Shown here: one piece after another, positions 19,151 to 27,565 of the stretch
Position numbering within the stretch: the first letter of the stretch is position 1
How the letters are laid out: every line of letters starts with the position of its first letter
NCBI RefSeq assembly: GCF_036323395.1
Contig: NZ_AP028907.1
Span: forward strand, 780,001 to 812,000
Reading direction: 5' to 3'
DNA length: 32,000 nt
Source: Pyrodictium abyssi
GTDB lineage: Archaea; Thermoproteota; Thermoprotei_A; Sulfolobales; Pyrodictiaceae
Position numbers and translations under genes: made by a program
Notes under the pieces: generated by a model
Seen by the model: the letters and a program-made list of their open reading frames with translations, nothing else
The model's database searches: none
Told to the model about the DNA's origin: nothing

Positions 19151-19726
19151 TCATGATGACGGATCAACCGTCGGAGCCCGGCTATGCTTTTGCTTGATGC
19201 GGATAAACGCGTAGTCCTTTGACGTTTCCCCTATGTATAGTCCGTAGTTTGGGAGTTCGCGTACTATCTTGTGTGCCTTTTTCAGGCTTGTAACTACGGC
19301 ATACAACTTGGTTACACGGTCCATCTCCTTTAATGCTCTTGATTTATCTTCAACAAGATCAACTACTGTGAAGGATACCGTGTAGTTGACGCTCTCGCTG
19401 CGTAGAGGAAGATTCTCGGCGTCAGCCTCGACATGCTCTACCATGTGCGCGAGCCCTAGGCTTGCTGTACGCTTTCTAGCTACGTCGAGCATTCCAGGAG
19501 ATAGGTCTAGGCAGATATAGTACGTTATGCCATCTACTCCATGCGTAGATGCAAGGTATTCCAGAAACAGCCCGGTACCACATCCATTGTCTAGGACTTT
19601 GCCGTGAAGCTTCACGCTACGCATTGCAAGCATGTATTTTTCAAATTGTTCGTCACGGTATAGCTCGTCGTACCCTGAGCTTGTAACATTGTATTTTTCC
19701 CGCATTATTGCCTTCTTTGAGGTCAA
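19151..19726 (-). CDS. Class I SAM-dependent methyltransferase
   Basis: Motif I VLDNGCGTGLFLEYL, post-I CLDLSPGML, acidic motif ADAENLP. The codon at 19726 is TTG; the first ATG is at 19705. Confidence 0.8.
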   Translation of the reverse strand: MTSKKAIMREKYNVTSSGYDELYRDEQFEKYMLAMRSVKLHGKVLDNGCGTGLFLEYLASTHGVDGITYYICLDLSPGMLDVARKRTASLGLAHMVEHVEADAENLPLRSESVNYTVSFTVVDLVEDKSRALKEMDRVTKLYAVVTSLKKAHKIVRELPNYGLYIGETSKDYAFIRIKQKHSRAPTVDPSS

Positions 19727-19874
19727 CTAGCCCCCCTTCGGTACTAGACATGCTCAACCATGAGTTTTTCGAGCACGTACATAGAAGGACGAGCTATAGT
19801 TACCATGTCGCCGGCACAAATCGGTTGCAGAGGCAGGTATAGTTTTGAGAGGTTTAGGTGATAGGTGATGTGGT

Positions 19875-19879
19875 AAAAA
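19875..19879 (-). terminator. T5 tract about 30 nt downstream of the rps19 stop
   Basis: Minus strand reads gtcaTTTTTacc. Consistent with the rpl2-rps19 unit ending here rather than running into rpl22. Confidence 0.3.
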
Positions 19880-19908
19880 TGACTGTAAATTAGAAGGTAT
19901 ACAGTGCT

Positions 19909-20376
19909 CTACTTCAGTGCTACATGTAGGCTGCTCCTTGTGGCCTTGAGGCCGGGCTCTCCATGCTGTACCTGGCGGCATGTTGGGCTGAACTCGCCGA
20001 GGTAGTGGCCTATCATTTCTGGCGTTATGCGCACTGGGACGAACTCCTTACCGTTGTATACGGCTATGGTCATTCCAATCATTTCTGGCAGTATTATCAT
20101 ATCCCTTACATGCGTCTTTACTACTACCTTTTTGCCCTTGAGTATCTTCTGCCGTGCCTTGCGTATCTTCCAGAGTAGGCGGCGCTGCGGGTCTGTTAGA
20201 CCTCTCAGTAGGCTTCTCCTCTGCCTTGCTGGTAGGAGCTTTATGAATATGTCCATTGGCATCGAGAGTAGCTCTTCTAGTGTGTAGCCGCGGTAGCGGA
20301 ACTTCCGCCACTCCGGCGGCAGGGTCTCAAGCCACTTCTTCATTTCCTCATCCAGCTGCGGCTTCACAGCCTGCAT
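19909..20376 (-). CDS. rps19: 30S ribosomal protein S19 (uS19)
   Basis: [14 protein letters not shown]...[44 protein letters not shown]. Confidence 0.93.
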   Translation of the reverse strand: MQAVKPQLDEEMKKWLETLPPEWRKFRYRGYTLEELLSMPMDIFIKLLPARQRRSLLRGLTDPQRRLLWKIRKARQKILKGKKVVVKTHVRDMIILPEMIGMTIAVYNGKEFVPVRITPEMIGHYLGEFSPTCRQVQHGEPGLKATRSSLHVALK

Positions 20377-20424
20377 ATTCTACACCCCATGTGGGCGAGG
20401 CTAAACACGTATGGGGGTTTAATG

Positions 20425-21141
20425 CTACCTCTTCTTCCGGCCTGTCGAGCGCGCAGCAATATGGCCGACTTTTCTGCCTGGCGGCGCATCTCTGGAGACT
20501 GTTGTTGGGAAGCTTGGGCTCTGGTGGCTGCCACCGCCGTGCGGGTGGTTTACAGCGTTCATGGCTACACCGCGTACACGTGGCCATACATGGGCCTTAG
20601 CCTTCCACTTATAGTATGCTGCACCAGCCTTGAGGAGCGGCTTCTCTAGGCGACCAGCGCCAGCGGCTATACCTATGGTTGCCCTAGCATCGTTTGGTAT
20701 CTCTTTGACTTTTCCGCTGGGGAGCTGTACTATCGTCTTATTACCACTACGGCCCAGTATGACTGCATAGGCGCCCGACGAGCGCGCTAATTTCCCGCCA
20801 TCGCCCGGCCTAATCTCCACATTGTATATCTGCGTACCTTCAGGAATCCTACCGACCGGGAGTATGTTGCCATTGGCGGGCTTCGCGTCCGGCCCAACCT
20901 CTATGATCTGGCCAACATACATGCCCTCAGCCGCTGGTATCCAAAATTCTTCACCGTTCTCCAGCACTACATGAGCGAGTGGAACCCAGCGGCCTGGATC
21001 GTGCACGAGCTCTACTACGCGCCCTCTCAGCGTTACTGGTGTCAGCGGCGGATACTTCGCTGGCGCTGGGTGCAGCCACGGCTTGCTGCGATATACTGGT
21101 GAGCCCTTACCCCTACGCTGTACTATCAAGCGCTTACCCAT
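20425..21141 (-). CDS. rpl2: 50S ribosomal protein L2 (uL2)
   Basis: MGKRLIVQRRGKGSPVYRS...VRGVAMNAVNHPHGGGSHQ. Confidence 0.96.
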   Translation of the reverse strand: MGKRLIVQRRGKGSPVYRSKPWLHPAPAKYPPLTPVTLRGRVVELVHDPGRWVPLAHVVLENGEEFWIPAAEGMYVGQIIEVGPDAKPANGNILPVGRIPEGTQIYNVEIRPGDGGKLARSSGAYAVILGRSGNKTIVQLPSGKVKEIPNDARATIGIAAGAGRLEKPLLKAGAAYYKWKAKAHVWPRVRGVAMNAVNHPHGGGSHQSPSFPTTVSRDAPPGRKVGHIAARSTGRKKR

Positions 21142-22537
21142 AGCGTAGCACCCTTCCCCGGCTGCTCGTCCCCTGTATGCTCGGACTCTTAACTGTTATC
21201 GGTACGGGGAGTATTCTAGCTGGAAAGGCTCTTTGTGACTGCTGGTAACGGATCAATGCCTCACCGACACCAAGCCTGGGAAGATACTCTAAATCCTCAT
21301 AGGCTATTCCACTAAATCTCTTCACATCTTCTAGATAAGTCTCATCAAGAGAACCAAACACTACTACGTTGTTAGAGTTATTCCATACCTCGGGACTAAA
21401 ATCTGCTGGATGTTGTGATAGTAGGACTAGGCTAATGCCACTACTCCTTCCTTCCCTGATAAGTTTTTTCACAACCTCACTATTACTGACTCTCCAGAAT
21501 TCATCTACTATGAGAACAGATCTTGCGTACATACTCTGCAGCATAGAGAATATACTAGCCAATGTAGATTCAAGGTGAATATATTTCTCGTTTTCACTAA
21601 GATATTTTAGGTCAATTATTAGAATATTGCTGAATTTGCTGGTAACCATGCTAGCTAAAAATATGCGTTGATGAGCATGCTCATCTTCCAATAACACGCG
21701 CTCAGCTAGACCAGTCCATGACAAGGTGTCCCACATATCTCCCTTTGGGTCAACAGCAACTACTCTAGCGTCATAGAGTAAAGTAGCCATAATTGCAATA
21801 AGAGCTGCAAGTGTAGTTTTCCCCTTACCCGTGGGACCTACTACTATTGTATGCTTAGCTCCCCTCTCATCCCAGAGAGGAAGTCCAACAACTTTTCCTA
21901 GCAGTAGGTCAAAGCCTATAGGTACAGACTCGCTCCCTAAGTATTCTCCTACTGTATATGGGTATTGCATCCACTCAATACCTTTGCTTACAAGTAGGCT
22001 TCGAGGTTGCACTACATGCTTATTATAGCTTTTTAAAAAATTTGGATCTACGCATTTAAGCCTAGGTTTACAGCCTAGAAGGGAGAACGCGTCTACTATG
22101 CCGTGGTATTCCTCTTCTATAGTCCCAGGCCTCCCACATACAACTATATGTAATGATGGTTCAACTGGATCACCATAGTCTGTTATCTTTCCATAAACTT
22201 CTCTTAGTATTTTTAATTTGGTTTTTGCACGCATGTTGTTTGGATTTCGTTCTAGCTCTACTTCGTAGGAGAGTATCTTTGACTCTATTACTCTGGCAGC
22301 ATAGCTGTTCTTAACAGGTCTGTAAAGTAGGAATATTCCACAAATTTTCCTATCGAGCAGTCTTAGTCTATCGCTTAGAAGCTTTGAGAAACACGACTCA
22401 TCGCCTCTAATTTCTACAATAATGCCCACTAGGTCCGACGCTATATCAAAGGTACAGAGACTGCTAACATGCTTGGGTGTACCTTCTACCACCGCGCGCA
22501 ACCTGTCTATATATTTTGATATACTTTTAATCACCAT
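21134..22537 (-). CDS. VirB4/TrbE-like P-loop ATPase of the HerA/FtsK superfamily (CedB-like), no TM segments
   Basis: Walker A VVGPTGKGKTT, followed by VVAVDPKGDMW. Walker B LIVDEFWRV resembles the DEAW motif of VirB4. About 230-aa N-terminal non-ATPase domain. ATG at 22537 lies 4 nt after the stop of the upstream 53-aa ORF; the track start at 22567 is TTG. The stop overlaps the rpl2 ATG. Confidence 0.7.
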   Translation of the reverse strand: MVIKSISKYIDRLRAVVEGTPKHVSSLCTFDIASDLVGIIVEIRGDESCFSKLLSDRLRLLDRKICGIFLLYRPVKNSYAARVIESKILSYEVELERNPNNMRAKTKLKILREVYGKITDYGDPVEPSLHIVVCGRPGTIEEEYHGIVDAFSLLGCKPRLKCVDPNFLKSYNKHVVQPRSLLVSKGIEWMQYPYTVGEYLGSESVPIGFDLLLGKVVGLPLWDERGAKHTIVVGPTGKGKTTLAALIAIMATLLYDARVVAVDPKGDMWDTLSWTGLAERVLLEDEHAHQRIFLASMVTSKFSNILIIDLKYLSENEKYIHLESTLASIFSMLQSMYARSVLIVDEFWRVSNSEVVKKLIREGRSSGISLVLLSQHPADFSPEVWNNSNNVVVFGSLDETYLEDVKRFSGIAYEDLEYLPRLGVGEALIRYQQSQRAFPARILPVPITVKSPSIQGTSSRGRVLRYG

Positions 22538-22541
22538 ACTA

Positions 22542-22703
22542 TCACCAGTATGCAGTTTTTCTGACAATTACGAACAAGGCTATATTAATCACCGAAAGTA
22601 TCATTAAAATTACATTTTTCGAATCTAATGCATGAATAACACCATATAGGGATAAACCTAGTGCTATGTATAGCGACTTTCTAAGTGTTAGAGTTACTTG
22701 CAT
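22542..22703 (-). CDS. Small two-TM membrane peptide, 53 aa (CedA2-like by size, topology and position)
   Basis: Manual translation: MQVTLTLRKSLYIALGLSLYGVIHALDSKNVILMILSVINIALFVIVRKTAYW. A ggtg SD lies about 9 nt upstream. Stop TGA at 22542 sits 4 nt before the ATPase ATG. Missed by the ORF track (<60 aa). Confidence 0.45.
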   Translation of the reverse strand: MQVTLTLRKSLYIALGLSLYGVIHALDSKNVILMILSVINIALFVIVRKTAYW

Positions 22704-22730
22704 CACTAAACACCATAGCTAATGTTCTGA

Positions 22731-24182
22731 TTAATCAAATATGATACGAGGAGACGATGCGCCCAGAACTCTAGCGAGATTTATAGATACCATGGACATT
22801 ATTGTCAAGTACGAGAATACTGTTATTGGAAATGCTGTGCCATAGACTATGTAGTACACTATCGCATCCTCAGTTGTCATATTAGGATATGTGACTCCCT
22901 CGCTTAGTTCTAGCTTGTAGATACTCGAAATACTATAGTAGTCTATGTTTTTAGTGAATCTCATATCTATTTTATCTACTCCATTTGGAATTTTTAAGCT
23001 GAGTATCTTTGTATAAACCTTTACGCCTCTCCAGGGAGTCGTCAGTTCCAACATTCTATATTCTTCAAAGAATACACTGTCTGGAGAAATCATTTCAATG
23101 TCGTTCTTGCCTAGCGATGATATTGTTATCATTATCCAGTCTGACATAGGTTCACATGTTACGTCTAGAATATTATCAGTCTGATATACTTTAGTTATCT
23201 TACATCCACTTATAATTAGTAGGCCTACTGGCTCTACAAATATAGCATCTTCTTCTACTGTTATGTCTAGACGGTACTCGGCTTCATCAAGTTCGTATGT
23301 AAGTTTAGCGTCTTCGGGTACCTTGACTGTCGGCCTGGATGCTCCTAGGATGTGGGCAAGGTATTCTACTTCTACACGGTAATCTCCGCTTGGCAGCATT
23401 TTTAGTGGCTTAGTTACATAGTATCCTCCATCCTCGTGAATAACGAATCTAAAAGACCCACCACTGTTTACGTCAATGAAACGAACCAGTCCTGCTAACG
23501 GCTGGTGTCCATATGCATCCTTGACCACTCCCCATAGGTGAATAGGCTCTCTACTCTCATTGGCACTGATGTATGTGCTAAGATACCCCGTAGCCAGGCT
23601 TTCATATATCATTGTTATCCAGTGCGGCAGGAATGGCAGCATTATATTACTGGCTATCACGAATGCGAGAAGTGAAGCACCAGCATTCCTGCCTATTCTA
23701 AAGGGTATAGCTATAAGAGCTATTGATAGAGCTGTTAGCTTTGCTTTTGCTGTTGAGATTATACTAGCTATTACTATGACTGTTGCTGCTGCAGTAAGCA
23801 TACCATAGTGCACTAATACCATTGGGAGCACGTATATGCTGAAGAACTTACCTATTATACTGTGTACACTTGCGAGTATTCCTACTAATAGTCGCGTTAT
23901 ATACTCCATTAGTATTATAGCTTTCATTCGAATCTGCATATATGATATTATGTCGTTTATACTGTATCCACTTAGGCTCGCTATAGCATCAGCAAACTTC
24001 AGTAGAGCAACATAGAGTGTGATTAGTATGCTAACCCACAGACTGTCTTGTATGAGTGTCGGCGCCCAGCGCTTTACACTACGCAAAGGTATGGGAAGCA
24101 TGTACACTAGCACTCCTATATAGTATGTTAGTACTGCTAGCTGTGCTGCAATCAGCAAGAAATACTGCGGAAGCGTCATCAT
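22731..24182 (-). CDS. Polytopic membrane protein (>=6 N-terminal TM helices, beta-rich ectodomain, C-terminal TM); CedA/VirB6-like candidate
   Basis: Residues 1-200 are nearly continuous hydrophobic helices. Residues about 215-290 (WGVVKDAYGHQPLAGLVRFID...DGGYYV...LPSGDYRVEVEY) resemble a carboxypeptidase-regulatory/prealbumin-like beta sandwich. Terminal hydrophobic helix AIVYYIVYGTAFPITVFSYLTIMSMV. Confidence 0.55.
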   Translation of the reverse strand: MMTLPQYFLLIAAQLAVLTYYIGVLVYMLPIPLRSVKRWAPTLIQDSLWVSILITLYVALLKFADAIASLSGYSINDIISYMQIRMKAIILMEYITRLLVGILASVHSIIGKFFSIYVLPMVLVHYGMLTAAATVIVIASIISTAKAKLTALSIALIAIPFRIGRNAGASLLAFVIASNIMLPFLPHWITMIYESLATGYLSTYISANESREPIHLWGVVKDAYGHQPLAGLVRFIDVNSGGSFRFVIHEDGGYYVTKPLKMLPSGDYRVEVEYLAHILGASRPTVKVPEDAKLTYELDEAEYRLDITVEEDAIFVEPVGLLIISGCKITKVYQTDNILDVTCEPMSDWIMITISSLGKNDIEMISPDSVFFEEYRMLELTTPWRGVKVYTKILSLKIPNGVDKIDMRFTKNIDYYSISSIYKLELSEGVTYPNMTTEDAIVYYIVYGTAFPITVFSYLTIMSMVSINLARVLGASSPRIIFD

Positions 24183-24188
24183 ATATTT

Positions 24189-24194
24189 ACCTCC
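24189..24194 (-). promoter_or_regulatory. Shine-Dalgarno GGAGGT between the pilin-like gene stop and the polytopic-protein ATG
   Basis: Minus strand reads TAA GGAGGT AAATAT ATGATG. The 12-nt spacer argues for translational coupling. Confidence 0.5.
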
Positions 24195-24476
24195 TTAACC
24201 TGTAATGTTGTACATTACTGGCGGTGGAGAAGCCACTGAACTGACTATGTAGGATACTAGCGCGAATATAGAGGAGCCCAGGGCTAGCCAGAATGCAGCC
24301 CATATGGCATCTTCTATAAGGTCTTGCCCTGCTCTCTTCACCCTCATGAAGGGTACAGGAGATCCTTTTAGTAGCCATCCAACACTCCACGTGAGTAGGA
24401 ATAAGCCCCATGCTATACTCATGACCTTTATGGTTAACGTGTTTATGAATTCTACTACGCTCACGTCTCCCCTCAA
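24195..24476 (-). CDS. Small two-helix membrane protein, VirB2/TrbC/CedA1 pilin-like topology
   Basis: Hydrophobic helix VMSIAWGLFLLTWSVGWLL, basic loop KGSPVPFMRVKRAGQD, hydrophobic helix AIWAAFWLALGSSIFALVSYIV. Start ambiguous: TTG at 24476, GTG at codon 5 or ATG at codon 19. Confidence 0.5.
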   Translation of the reverse strand: MRGDVSVVEFINTLTIKVMSIAWGLFLLTWSVGWLLKGSPVPFMRVKRAGQDLIEDAIWAAFWLALGSSIFALVSYIVSSVASPPPVMYNITG

Positions 24477-24637
24477 AACACGCTACTAGTTGTACGGAAG
24501 CCGTTGAGCCGCAGTTAGCCGTAACTACTCTATTACCGCTACATAGCGACACCGTTTAACTCACATCATATAGGTACAATATTAGTAAATCTTATTAGAT
24601 GTCTTAGTAAGATATCATAAAGTTAGTTATTCAGGCT

Positions 24638-27505
24638 TTATTTTCGTTTTTCGAGCTTATGCTTGTATTTATGATAATTTACCTCTGCCTCTATGAGAGC
24701 TCTGTAAAACGCCTCTTCGCCAAACACAAGTTTTTGCAGAACCCGCTTTGCTGTATACGTGCCGATGCCCGTTGATACAAGGGCTTCTACAGCCTTTTTG
24801 CCGTAACTCAGTACGAGATTAGCAGCATCCATGACTTCGCGAACAGCCTTTCTCTCTGCCTGGGAGAGTTTGGCTCCACGTCTCTGTTTCTCGATTAATG
24901 CCCTAGCTGCTTCTATGCGCTCTTTGGCTAAGGCAGGATATATCATTCGTGCACCGCAGCGCGGACACTCTATATTATTGCTGTTAACGTGTAGTAGCTT
25001 TCTTGTCCATATCTTTCCACACATCAGGCAGAGAAATATCACGTCTTTTGACGCTATCCTACGTTTTATTGCTTCAACAAGTATTGTCGACGGTAGACCA
25101 TCCGTCGTTACGCGGTCCCCGAATCGTGCTTCTGCTATAGCGTCCTCTGTGATAGGCGACGGTGTTTTCAAACTTACAGCCTTTACTTCTATCCTACCAG
25201 TCCTTATTTCCTCGAGGAACTTGTGCAGAACGTATGTATCCACCTTTCTTACACTTATTTCTCTGTATGCTTCCTCTCCGAGTATAGTGTCCCTCAGCTT
25301 ATGGATAATCGTCTTCACATGTCTTATGTCTGTATTGGCTGTTCTCTTTACCGCTCCGCTTCGAAGAGCTACATAGAGCATTATCCACTGGAATAGTTTG
25401 CTCTTAAGGACAGCTCTACGCAGTAGCGAATCCACCTCATTACTAGGTAGGCTAGTTATTTTCCGCAGTACATCGGCTATGAAGTCGGCGCGTTCTACTG
25501 AAGCGAGTCTTATAGCTACAATATAGGGTGTGCTTGCTGTTACAGGTGGATAACCCTTTACTTCGGATATATAAGCCGAGATCAGATATTCTAGTGCCTT
25601 GTTGCCGCGGCTACCAAGGAAACTGTATATAATGAATACATCGCCATAGTGCTCGATAACTACTCTCCTATCGGTTGGAAGAGGAAGACCCTTCGACATA
25701 TGCTTTAATATTTTATTTTGCACTAATTTTCTAGAATTATCGTCAAGTGGGTATTCGCTTAGCACTTTTTCGCCCTGTTTTTCGTACCTGCGGAGTATAC
25801 TGCCAATCTCGCGGGCAACATTATACTCTACGGGGATTAAGTCACCCTCCCATGCCGGAGGTATGAGCTTGTCTTCTTTTGTGTGCCTAACTCTCACACT
25901 GTCATCTGCAATATCTACTACCTCCCAAACCTGCCCTCCTAGTACGAATTTGGCCCCTTGTTCTAGTGTCGTAACGAACTCTTCGTCTAGGACGCCGAGT
26001 TTCCTTCCTGTACCTACTTCGTAGACATTGTACTGCTTCGTATCGGGTATCATTGTGACGCTGAAGTAGTAGCTCTTAGCCATGGGACCCATACTGATTT
26101 TTCTGTCCCTGACTCTTGCTATTCTGGATGCCTCCATGTAGCTTATCACTTGGTATAGCTCGTCTAAGCTTAGGTCCTTATAGTAGCCGCTGCACGTTAC
26201 AATACTGTAGATGGTGTCTATGTCTATTTCGCCTAGCTCTATGAGCATACCGGTAATCTGGTGTATAAGTGCATCATATGGTTTGATAGGATACTGTAGT
26301 CTTTCTAAGTTGCCTCGCATCGCTCTAGCAGCTATAACAGCAGACTCCAGTATATCGAATATGTTTGTGGCTGCTACTATTATGCCCCTAGATATGCCAC
26401 CTATTCTGTGCCCGGATCTGCCTACACGCTGAACTAGTTTCACTACTTGTCTAGGAGACATGTACTGTACTACAAGGTCTATTGCGCCTACGTCGATACC
26501 TAGTTCCAGACTAGATGTAGCTACAACTGCCTTCACTTTGCCGCTTCGAAGTCTTTGTTCAGCATCTACACGCTTTTCGCGGCTTAGACTGCCATGATGT
26601 ACCTCTATTCTGTCCTCGCCCATAGCTTGTTTCAGCAATGCACCTAAGACTTCCGCTGTATCGCGCGTGTTAACGAATATTATCGAGTTGCCAGGATTCT
26701 CCGACACTACTTTCTTTATTAGCTCCACTCTAGCCAGTGTTTCTCTCTGGGACTTTAGCCCATCATCCCTATTGCTACCACTGCTATGAATTGCTGGGGC
26801 GACGACAGTTATGTGGTAGCGCTTTACGGCTTTCTCTGTCTCAACTATTCGGACGTATCTATCGCCCATGAGTAGCCTAGCCACTGTATATGGATCACTA
26901 ACTGTAGCAGATAGTCCTATAATTTGGAGTCTATTTCTCGTATATAGTCGTGCTACGCGTTCAATAGCCAGGGATAGCTCTGCTCCACGCTTGCCTGAAA
27001 CAAGCTCGTGTACCTCGTCCACAACTATGTACTTAAGATTGCTGATATTTTGGCGGAATTTTTCCACGCTCAATAGGAAATAGAATGACTCGGGTGTAGT
27101 CACCATTACGTGGGGAGGGTTTTCAAGGAACCGCCTTTTCTCGGCCGCAGTACTATCTCCATGTCTGACCTCTAGTGTAAGCCTTACATCTGAAGCTATA
27201 TTTATCATGCGCTTAAATATATCACGGTTAAGACTACGCAAGGGCGTTATATATACAGCATAGATGCCTTTTGACTTAGAGCCTATAAGCCTTGAGAATA
27301 TGGGGAGAAGTGCGGCCTCAGTCTTACCACTACCAGTGGGAGCGATAGCCAGTACATGGTTTCCTCGAAGAACCTCGGGTATCACCTTGCTTTGTATCTC
27401 CGTCGGTCTTGTATAGCCATACCTTAACAGTACATGTTGGAGTAGCGGGTGAAGTAGTCTAAACACCCCACTTACGATGCGTCTTTCATTGCGCTGCGCC
27501 GCCAT
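24638..27505 (-). CDS. lhr: Lhr-family (large helicase-related) DEVH-box SF2 helicase with C-terminal zinc ribbon
   Basis: Motif I APTGSGKTEAA, II VVDEVHEL, III LSATV, VI VQRVGRSGHR. Long Lhr-type C-terminal extension. CLMCGKIW...CPRCGARM zinc ribbon and a GIGTYTAKRVL HhH-like element. Confidence 0.88.
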   Translation of the reverse strand: MAAQRNERRIVSGVFRLLHPLLQHVLLRYGYTRPTEIQSKVIPEVLRGNHVLAIAPTGSGKTEAALLPIFSRLIGSKSKGIYAVYITPLRSLNRDIFKRMINIASDVRLTLEVRHGDSTAAEKRRFLENPPHVMVTTPESFYFLLSVEKFRQNISNLKYIVVDEVHELVSGKRGAELSLAIERVARLYTRNRLQIIGLSATVSDPYTVARLLMGDRYVRIVETEKAVKRYHITVVAPAIHSSGSNRDDGLKSQRETLARVELIKKVVSENPGNSIIFVNTRDTAEVLGALLKQAMGEDRIEVHHGSLSREKRVDAEQRLRSGKVKAVVATSSLELGIDVGAIDLVVQYMSPRQVVKLVQRVGRSGHRIGGISRGIIVAATNIFDILESAVIAARAMRGNLERLQYPIKPYDALIHQITGMLIELGEIDIDTIYSIVTCSGYYKDLSLDELYQVISYMEASRIARVRDRKISMGPMAKSYYFSVTMIPDTKQYNVYEVGTGRKLGVLDEEFVTTLEQGAKFVLGGQVWEVVDIADDSVRVRHTKEDKLIPPAWEGDLIPVEYNVAREIGSILRRYEKQGEKVLSEYPLDDNSRKLVQNKILKHMSKGLPLPTDRRVVIEHYGDVFIIYSFLGSRGNKALEYLISAYISEVKGYPPVTASTPYIVAIRLASVERADFIADVLRKITSLPSNEVDSLLRRAVLKSKLFQWIMLYVALRSGAVKRTANTDIRHVKTIIHKLRDTILGEEAYREISVRKVDTYVLHKFLEEIRTGRIEVKAVSLKTPSPITEDAIAEARFGDRVTTDGLPSTILVEAIKRRIASKDVIFLCLMCGKIWTRKLLHVNSNNIECPRCGARMIYPALAKERIEAARALIEKQRRGAKLSQAERKAVREVMDAANLVLSYGKKAVEALVSTGIGTYTAKRVLQKLVFGEEAFYRALIEAEVNYHKYKHKLEKRK

Positions 27506-27565
27506 AGTATACTATTTCACCCTTGATTCCAGCCCTTCTACGCTATAAATCTGGGGCACCAGATT
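27506..27565. promoter_or_regulatory. Divergent promoter region between lhr and the membrane HerA-like ATPase
   Basis: 60-nt spacer with two AT-rich boxes: tatactattt at 27509-27518 and tataaat at 27544-27550 (atttatag on the other strand). Confidence 0.4.

Noticed and set aside
19754-20649. ORFs 19754..19981, 19963..20178, 20027..20287, 20048..20311, 20256..20600, 20348..20587 and 20389..20649
   Set aside because: Alternative-frame or antisense shadows of rps19 and rpl2.
24187-24552. 121-aa ORF overlapping the pilin-like gene in another frame
   Set aside because: Cys/His/Arg-rich composition with no hydrophobic pattern. The alternative frame (24195..24476) gives a clean two-helix membrane protein with SD coupling to the next gene.
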